Assembly (NCBI GenBank): GCA_041915545.1 | Contig: JAYSBF010000013.1 | Coordinates: 13,390 to 77,389 of the forward strand | Origin: Magnetospirillum sp. | Lineage (GTDB): Bacteria; Pseudomonadota; Alphaproteobacteria; Rhodospirillales; Magnetospirillaceae | Direction: 5' to 3' | DNA length: 64,000 bases | Shown: positions 58,071 through 64,000 of the stretch, piece by piece | Position numbering within the stretch: the stretch's first letter is position 1 | Layout: the number at the start of each line of letters is the position of its first letter | Made by a program: the position numbers and the translations under genes | Notes under the pieces: generated by a model | Told to the model about the DNA's origin: nothing | The model's input: only the letters and a program-made list of their open reading frames with translations | Databases searched by the model: none

Positions 58071-59330
58071 TTGGTCCTTCCAAGCCATGACCCCTTTTCG
58101 CCGGCCTTCATTGCCTATGCGAGCACGAGGCGGATCATGACCAAACGTATTCCTACCCAGCGTATTTTGCGGTCCCGTACCCTTCAGGTGCGGGGCGGGT
58201 TGTCGCGCACCGGTTTCTCGGAAACCAGCGAAGCATTGTTCATGACCTCGGGCTATGTCTACGATTCGGCGGAAGAGGCGGAAGAAAGTTTCGACGGTAC
58301 CCGTGACCGTATGGTGTATTCGCGGTTCAAGAACCCCACCGTGGCCACCTTCGAAGAACGTCTGGCGGCCATCGAAGGGGCGGAAGCCTGCCGCGCCACC
58401 GCATCGGGCATGGCCGCCGTTCATGCGGCCCTGGTCTGCCAGTTGAAGACGGGTGACCGGGTGGTGGCGGCGCGGGCATTGTTCGGGTCGTGTACCTGGA
58501 TCATTCATGATCTGCTGCCCCGCTTCGGCATTGCGGTGGATTTTGTCGATGGTACCGATCCCGCCCAATGGGAACAGGCCCTGTCGCGCCCAGCCCAGGT
58601 GGTGTTCCTGGAAAGCCCGTCCAACCCCACCTTGGAAATCATCGACCTGGCACGGGTGGCCGATCTGGCCCATCAGGCCGGTGCCCGGCTGGTGGTGGAT
58701 AATGTGTTCGCCACCCCTGTCTTGCAAAAGCCGCTGACCCTGGGGGCGGATGTGGTGGTTTATTCCGCCACCAAGCACATTGACGGTCAGGGCCGTTGCC
58801 TGGGTGGCGCCATTTTGTGTGACAACGCCTTTGCCAATGACATTTTGGGGCCGTATCTGCGCCATACCGGCCCCGCCATGTCGCCGTTCAATGCCTGGAT
58901 ACTGCAAAAGGGCCTTGAAACCCTGGATCTGCGGGTGGAGCGTCATGCGGCCAATGCCCTGACGGTGGCCCGCTTCCTGGAAAGCCGCCCCGAAGTGGCC
59001 CGGACCATTTATCCCGGCCTGGAAAGTCATCCCCAGCATGATTTGGCCAAACGGCAGATGCAGGGCTTCGGCGGTATCGTCGCCTTTGATCTGAAGGGCG
59101 GCAAACAGGCTGCCTATGACCTGATGAACCGGCTGGAGGTCATCGACATCTCGAACAATCTGGGCGATGCCAAAAGCCTGATCACCCATCCCTGGACCAC
59201 CACCCATCAACGCCTGGCCCCCGAGGACAAGCTGGCCCAAGGCATTGGCGAAGGCTTGCTGCGCCTGTCGGTGGGATTGGAGGATGCCGACGATTTGGTG
59301 GAGGATTTGGCCCTGGCCCTGAAAGGTTAA
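58071..59330 (+). CDS. metZ: O-succinyl/acetylhomoserine sulfhydrylase (start is TTG 58071 or ATG 58137)
   Basis: ETSEALF.TSGY, YSRFKNPT, SGMAA, ESPSNP, DNVFATP, YSATKHIDGQGR. Confidence 0.93.
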   Translation: MVLPSHDPFSPAFIAYASTRRIMTKRIPTQRILRSRTLQVRGGLSRTGFSETSEALFMTSGYVYDSAEEAEESFDGTRDRMVYSRFKNPTVATFEERLAAIEGAEACRATASGMAAVHAALVCQLKTGDRVVAARALFGSCTWIIHDLLPRFGIAVDFVDGTDPAQWEQALSRPAQVVFLESPSNPTLEIIDLARVADLAHQAGARLVVDNVFATPVLQKPLTLGADVVVYSATKHIDGQGRCLGGAILCDNAFANDILGPYLRHTGPAMSPFNAWILQKGLETLDLRVERHAANALTVARFLESRPEVARTIYPGLESHPQHDLAKRQMQGFGGIVAFDLKGGKQAAYDLMNRLEVIDISNNLGDAKSLITHPWTTTHQRLAPEDKLAQGIGEGLLRLSVGLEDADDLVEDLALALKG

Positions 59331-59435
59331 AGACGGGATGCCTCTCCGCCCCGGCCTTGCGCCGGGGCGGGCAAATGAGTCTAATATGGCGTCAGGGGCC
59401 GGTTTGCGCCGCCAATCTCTTGCCGGGGTGTTGCC

Positions 59436-59828
59436 ATGTACAATCAGACCACACGCGACATCACCGTGTCGGTCCAGCCCGTCTATCTGGACGATCAATC
59501 ATCGCCCGCCGACGGCCATTATGTATGGGCCTATCGGGTGCGGATCGAAAACAATGGCGGAGAACGGGTGCAATTGCGGCGCCGCCACTGGATCATCACC
59601 GATGCCGTGGGATTGGTGCAGGAAGTCCAAGGCGCCGGGGTGGTGGGCGAACAGCCGGTTTTGGAGCCGGGGCAGAGTTTTGAATATACCAGCGGCACGC
59701 CGCTGCACACGCCATCGGGGATCATGCACGGCACCTATCAGATGGAAGGCCCGAATGGTGAAACCTTCGATGTGGTCATCCCCGCCTTTTCCCTGGACAG
59801 CCCGCACGAAATCCATCGGCTGAATTAG
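59436..59828 (+). CDS. apaG: ApaG protein
   Basis: [33 protein letters not shown]. Confidence 0.95.
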   Translation: MYNQTTRDITVSVQPVYLDDQSSPADGHYVWAYRVRIENNGGERVQLRRRHWIITDAVGLVQEVQGAGVVGEQPVLEPGQSFEYTSGTPLHTPSGIMHGTYQMEGPNGETFDVVIPAFSLDSPHEIHRLN

Positions 59829-59922
59829 CGGCCGCACCTTGTAATCAGCCCAGGGATACACCACATCTTTCGGTAGTGTGTGTGACAGGATGGTGCCGGA
59901 CCGTCGGCGCCCAGGGGAAATC

Positions 59923-60570
59923 ATGACCAATATTGAACCCGTCGGCCCCAAAGGCCAAAGCCAGCAAACCCGGCTGGAGGCGAAGCCCAGCCGGGCAGAG
60001 GCGGAAAATGCCGTGCGGACCTTGCTGCGTTGGGCGGGCGATGACCCGGACCGGGAGGGTCTGGTCGGTACGCCCGATCGGGTGGTGCGGGCGTATGAAG
60101 AATTTTTCGCGGGCTATGACCAGGACCCGGTGGACATGCTGAACCGGACCTTCGAGGAAACCGACGGCTATGACGAAATGGTCGTGCTGAAGGATATCCG
60201 CTTGGAATCCCATTGCGAACATCACATGGTGCCCATCATCGGCAAGGCCCATGTGGCCTATTTGCCGGATCGCCGGGTGGTGGGAATTTCCAAACTGGCG
60301 CGGGTGGTGGAAGTTTTCGCCAAGCGTCTGCAAATCCAGGAAAAATTGACCAGCCAGATCGCCAACAGCATCGACGAGGTCTTGCAGCCCAAAGGGGTGG
60401 CGGTGGTGATCGAGGCCGCGCATCAATGCATGACCACCCGTGGGGTCCATAAGCCCGGCGTGACCATGGTAACCAGCCGGATGTTGGGCGTGTTCCGTAG
60501 CGATGCGGCCACACGGCGTGAATTCATGGCCCTGATCCGGGGGGGCGGCACCGATTTGAATAATGCCTGA
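59923..60570 (+). CDS. folE: GTP cyclohydrolase I
   Basis: [35 protein letters not shown]. Confidence 0.97.
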   Translation: MTNIEPVGPKGQSQQTRLEAKPSRAEAENAVRTLLRWAGDDPDREGLVGTPDRVVRAYEEFFAGYDQDPVDMLNRTFEETDGYDEMVVLKDIRLESHCEHHMVPIIGKAHVAYLPDRRVVGISKLARVVEVFAKRLQIQEKLTSQIANSIDEVLQPKGVAVVIEAAHQCMTTRGVHKPGVTMVTSRMLGVFRSDAATRREFMALIRGGGTDLNNA

Positions 60571-60705
60571 CCGTTTCCGTCCGGCGCGGACGGTTAAAGC
60601 GGGACAGGAAAGACTGGACAGCCGGGCCGAAGCGGGCCATTAGTCCCTGGACCGTGCGGGGGATGACCCCGGCGGACGGAAAGGCTTTCCGGGGGTTTCT
60701 GGCGC

Positions 60706-62154
60706 TTGATCGACTTTCGGCCGGTCATCTTCGTTAACGGCATCTTGCTGCAAATCCTGGCCGCATCCATGGTGGTGCCGGCCCTGGTCGATCTTTGGTC
60801 GGACGATCTGGATTGGCGGGTCTTTGCCGTGTCCGCCATGGTCACCGGTTTTGTCGGGGCCATGATGATGCTGGGCTGTCGGCCCGACCGGCGCACGCCC
60901 CTGGATACCCGCCAGGCATTCCTGCTGACCTCGTCATGCTGGTTCCTGATGTCGGGATTTGGGGCGTTGCCGTTCATCTTTTCCGCCCTGGATCTGACTA
61001 TCGCCGAAGGGGTGTTCGAAGCCGCCAGCGGCATCACCACCACCGGCGCCACGGTGTTGACCGGGCTGGATCATGCCCCAAAGGGCATTTTGCTGTGGCG
61101 GGCCATCCTGAACTGGCTGGGCGGGTTGGGGGTGATCGTTCTGGCCGTGGCCATTCTGCCCATCCTGCGCATCGGCGGCATGCAATTGTTCAAGATGGAA
61201 TCATCGGACAAAAGCGACAAGATCCGCCCCCGCATCGCCCAGGTGGCCTGGTCCATCGCCGCCGTCTATATGATCTTGAACGTGGCCAGCGCGGTGGCGT
61301 TGTGGGCCACGGGAATGTCCGTGTTCGACGCCATTTGCCACGCGGTGGCGGCAATCGCCACGGGCGGGTTTTCCACCTCGGATCAATCCTTGGGGAAATG
61401 GGGGGCGGCCACCCAGTGGGTGACCACCGTTTCCATGGCTTTGGGCGGATGTACCTTCACCTTGCTGATCACGCCGTGGCGGCAGGGGCGATGGGTGCTG
61501 TTCCGGGACAGTCAGACCCGATGGTATTTCGGCTTCCTGGCCTTTTTCTCGGCTCTGCTGGCATTCTGGCAATGGGCGGTCAATGATATGGACCCGTTCC
61601 AATCCCTGACCCACGCCTGTTTCAACGTGGTGTCCATCGTCACCAGCACCGGCTTTGCCTCGACCGATTACAATGCATGGGGCGGGTTTGCCCAGGTGAT
61701 CTTTTTCATCTTGCTGTTCATCGGCGGCTGTACCGGATCGACCGCGGGCGGGGTCAAGGTGTTCCGCTGGGAAGTGCTGTTCAAATTGGCCGGGGTGCAG
61801 TTGAAGCGGCTGTTGCATCCCCACGGTGTTTTCGCCGTGGATTTCAACCGTCGCCGGATTTCCGATCAGGTGGTGGATTCTGTCCTGGGCTTCATGGTCA
61901 TGTATTTCCTGGTGTTTTCTCTGTTTTCCCTGGCGTTGACCGCCGTGGGGGTGGACATGGTCACCGCGTTCAGCGGCTCGGCCGCCACTTTGGGAAATGC
62001 CGGGCCCGGTGTGGGGGACATTATCGGCCCGTCCGGGACCTATAAGCCGCTGCCCGATACCGCCAAATGGATCATGGCGGTGGAAATGATCCTGGGTCGG
62101 TTGGAATTGTTCAGCGTCATCGTGCTGTTTTCCCGATCGTTCTGGCGGGCATGA
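60706..62154 (+). CDS. trkH: TrkH family K+ uptake channel, copy 1
   Basis: Four pore loops: SGITTTG, ATGGFS, TSTGF, GNAGPG; GSTAGGVK; GRLE. Confidence 0.93.
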   Translation: MIDFRPVIFVNGILLQILAASMVVPALVDLWSDDLDWRVFAVSAMVTGFVGAMMMLGCRPDRRTPLDTRQAFLLTSSCWFLMSGFGALPFIFSALDLTIAEGVFEAASGITTTGATVLTGLDHAPKGILLWRAILNWLGGLGVIVLAVAILPILRIGGMQLFKMESSDKSDKIRPRIAQVAWSIAAVYMILNVASAVALWATGMSVFDAICHAVAAIATGGFSTSDQSLGKWGAATQWVTTVSMALGGCTFTLLITPWRQGRWVLFRDSQTRWYFGFLAFFSALLAFWQWAVNDMDPFQSLTHACFNVVSIVTSTGFASTDYNAWGGFAQVIFFILLFIGGCTGSTAGGVKVFRWEVLFKLAGVQLKRLLHPHGVFAVDFNRRRISDQVVDSVLGFMVMYFLVFSLFSLALTAVGVDMVTAFSGSAATLGNAGPGVGDIIGPSGTYKPLPDTAKWIMAVEMILGRLELFSVIVLFSRSFWRA

Positions 62155-63608
62155 CCATGATCGACGCCCGGCCCGCCCTCAGCAATCTTGGTCGTGTTCT
62201 TTGCATCCTGGCGGTGTCCATGCTGGCCCCGGCCTTGGCCGATGCCTTGGCCGGGACCGATGGCTGGCGGTCCTTCCTGCCCAGTGCCGGGCTGACCGGC
62301 TTTGTCGGCGCGGCATTGGTGCTGGCCACGCGCGAACGGGTGTGCCAGGTCATGACCGTGCGGCAGATTTATCTGTCCATCGCCTTGTGCTGGATCGTGC
62401 CGTGCTTTTTCGCCGCCCTGCCCATGACCGGGGCGGCGGCGCATCTTTCCTTTATCGACGCCCTGTTCGAAGCCACCAGTGGCCTGACATCGACCGGTTC
62501 CACGGTGATGACCGGACTTAACCACCGCCCGCCGGGCATTTTGCTGTGGCGGGCCTTGATGCAATGGATGGGCGGTATCGGCATCATCGTCATGGCGGTG
62601 ACCGCCTTGCCTGCCCTGCATATTGGCGGGATGCAGATTTTCCGGGCCGAAGTGGTGTCGGCCAATGACCGGGCCATCCCACGGATCGCCCGGATCGGCA
62701 ACACCATTATCGCCGTCTATATGGGGTTCACTCTGGTCTTGGGGGTGGGGTTGTGGCTGGCCGGCATGGTGCCCTTCGATGCCATCATCTATGCCATGAG
62801 CACCATTGCCACCGGCGGCTTTTCCAATCACGACAATTCCTTGGCCTTTTTCAACAATGGCTGGATCGACGGGCTGATCTATGTGGGCATGGTCCTGGGC
62901 GGCATGCCGTTTCTGTTGTTCTTTCAACTGACCCAGGGAAATTGGCGGCGGGTGGTTCATGACCAGCAATTGCACTGGTATTTGGGGCTGCTGTTCCTGG
63001 CGGGGCTGGGCATCGGGTTGTGGCTGTTCACCAATACCGGCATGTCCTTGCTGTCGGCCTTTCATCACGGTTTTTTCACCGTGGCGTCGGTGATGACCGG
63101 AACGGGGTTGGCGTCGATGGATTACGGGGCCTGGACCGGAATGCCATCCGCCATTTTGTTTCTGCTGATTTTCGTGGGGGGCTGCGCCGGGTCCACCGCC
63201 GCCGGGATCAAGGTGTTCCGGCTGCAATTGCTGTATGCCAATGCCCTGATCCAGACCCGTCAGTTATTGCGCCCCCATGCGGTCATGGTGCCCACCTATA
63301 ACAAGAAACCCATCGGCGAAGATGTGCTGGAATCGGTGATGGGCTTTTTGTTCGTCTATGTGTTCAGCTTTGCCGTGGTGGCGATCCTGTTATCCCTGAT
63401 GGGATTGGATTTCCTAAGCTCGGTTTCCGCCTCGGCGGCGGCCATCTCCAATGTGGGGCCTGGGCTGGGGCCGGTGGTCGGACCGGCCGGCACCTTTGCC
63501 ACCGTGCCCGACGGGGCCAAGCTGCTGCTGTCCGCGACCATGCTGTTCGGGCGGCTGGAAATGTTCACATTGCTGGTGCTGTTCGTCCCCAATTTCTGGA
63601 AACATTAG
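62151..63608 (+). CDS. trkH: TrkH family K+ uptake channel, copy 2
   Basis: SGLTSTG, ATGGFS, TGTGL, SNVGPG; GSTAAGIK; GRLE; ATGA overlap with copy 1. Confidence 0.93.
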   Translation: MTMIDARPALSNLGRVLCILAVSMLAPALADALAGTDGWRSFLPSAGLTGFVGAALVLATRERVCQVMTVRQIYLSIALCWIVPCFFAALPMTGAAAHLSFIDALFEATSGLTSTGSTVMTGLNHRPPGILLWRALMQWMGGIGIIVMAVTALPALHIGGMQIFRAEVVSANDRAIPRIARIGNTIIAVYMGFTLVLGVGLWLAGMVPFDAIIYAMSTIATGGFSNHDNSLAFFNNGWIDGLIYVGMVLGGMPFLLFFQLTQGNWRRVVHDQQLHWYLGLLFLAGLGIGLWLFTNTGMSLLSAFHHGFFTVASVMTGTGLASMDYGAWTGMPSAILFLLIFVGGCAGSTAAGIKVFRLQLLYANALIQTRQLLRPHAVMVPTYNKKPIGEDVLESVMGFLFVYVFSFAVVAILLSLMGLDFLSSVSASAAAISNVGPGLGPVVGPAGTFATVPDGAKLLLSATMLFGRLEMFTLLVLFVPNFWKH

Positions 63609-63688
63609 ATCATCGTGCGTCAAATATGACGCACGATGATCTGGGGTTATACTTGTTTTCGAAAGTTCCGACCCAAGGTCGGAACTTT
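63607..63688. repeat. Two palindromes (family A copy 2 and family B) just before the tandem array
   Basis: AGATCATCGTGCGTCA-aata-TGACGCACGATGATCT (63607-63642); AAAGTTCCGACC-caa-GGTCGGAACTTT (63662-63688). Confidence 0.8.
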
Positions 63689-63689
63689 T

Positions 63690-64000
63690 CTTTTGTCCCT
63701 CGCCGGGCGGGCGCTTTCGCGCCCTTGGCCGCCGCCGCCGCAATGGCGGCTGGGATTCTTTTGTCCCTCGCCGGGCGGGCGCTTTCGCGCCCTTGGCCGC
63801 CGCCGCAATGGCGGCTGGGATTCTTTTGTCCCTCGCCGGGCGGGCGCTTTCGCACCCTTGGCCGCCGCCGCAATGGCGGCTGGGATTCTTTTGTCCCTCG
63901 CCGGGCGGGCGCTTTCGCGCCCTTGGCCGCCGCCGCAATGGCGGCTGGGATTTTTTTGTCCCTCGCCGGGCGGGCGCTTTCGTACCCTTGGCCGCCGCCG
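63690..64000. repeat. Tandem array of 65-bp GC-rich palindromic units (at least 5; continues past the window)
   Basis: Units start at 63690 (68 bp), 63758, 63823, 63888 (65 bp each) and 63953 (truncated); unit CTTTTGTCCCTCGCCGGGCGGGCGCTTTCGCGCCCTTGGCCGCCGCCGCAATGGCGGCTGGGATT. Confidence 0.95.

Noticed and set aside
58087-58140. 17-codon uORF ending in an ATGA overlap with the metZ ATG
   Set aside because: No adjacent SD and no informative codon content; the in-frame TTG start explains the layout more simply
59346-59370. GC-rich hairpin after metZ (also 60577-60593 after folE)
   Set aside because: No U-tract, so not called as terminators; at most RNA-stability stems
63690-64000. CRISPR interpretation of the terminal array
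   Set aside because: Units are contiguous and near-identical with no unique spacers; no cas genes in the window
1-64000. Magnetosome, photosynthesis, transposase, integrase or defence-system genes
   Set aside because: None recognised in this window, so the Magnetospirillum-like assignment rests only on gene order and style

Overview
GC-rich alphaproteobacterial chromosome segment; gene content and order fit Rhodospirillales, Magnetospirillum-like, but the taxon is an inference. The window spans the likely replication origin between hemE and the PEP-synthase-regulator gene (~21.0-21.36 kb), with DnaA boxes and six clustered GANTC sites. Left arm: cstA (partial), SDR, GNAT, DUF971-Trm112-LON-cnoX, tRNA-Gly, parB-parA-rsmG-mnmG-mnmE, rho, hemJ-hemH-hemE, and three parS palindromes that all lie inside coding regions. 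Right arm: ppsR-maf-aroE-coaE-dnaQ, rlmJ, a split PAS + MCP chemoreceptor, asd, trxA, queE-queD-ynfA, a GGDEF cyclase, typA and a PfkB kinase. These are followed by a ~17 kb same-strand cluster of surface-glycan enzymes ending in an RkpA/WcbR-like type I PKS and an AONS-family PLP enzyme, then fabI, SAM-II riboswitch-metZ, apaG, folE and two tandem trkH genes. The window ends in a 65-bp palindromic tandem array. Best candidates for something undescribed: (1) a 35-aa Thr/Lys-rich leader peptide with full attenuator architecture upstream of asd; (2) the glycan + PKS + PLP-enzyme cluster, with a possible reductase partner 44 kb away; (3) a family of dispersed and tandem palindromic elements, one pair showing compensatory base changes. 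All calls come from motif recognition only; no searches or folding calculations were run.
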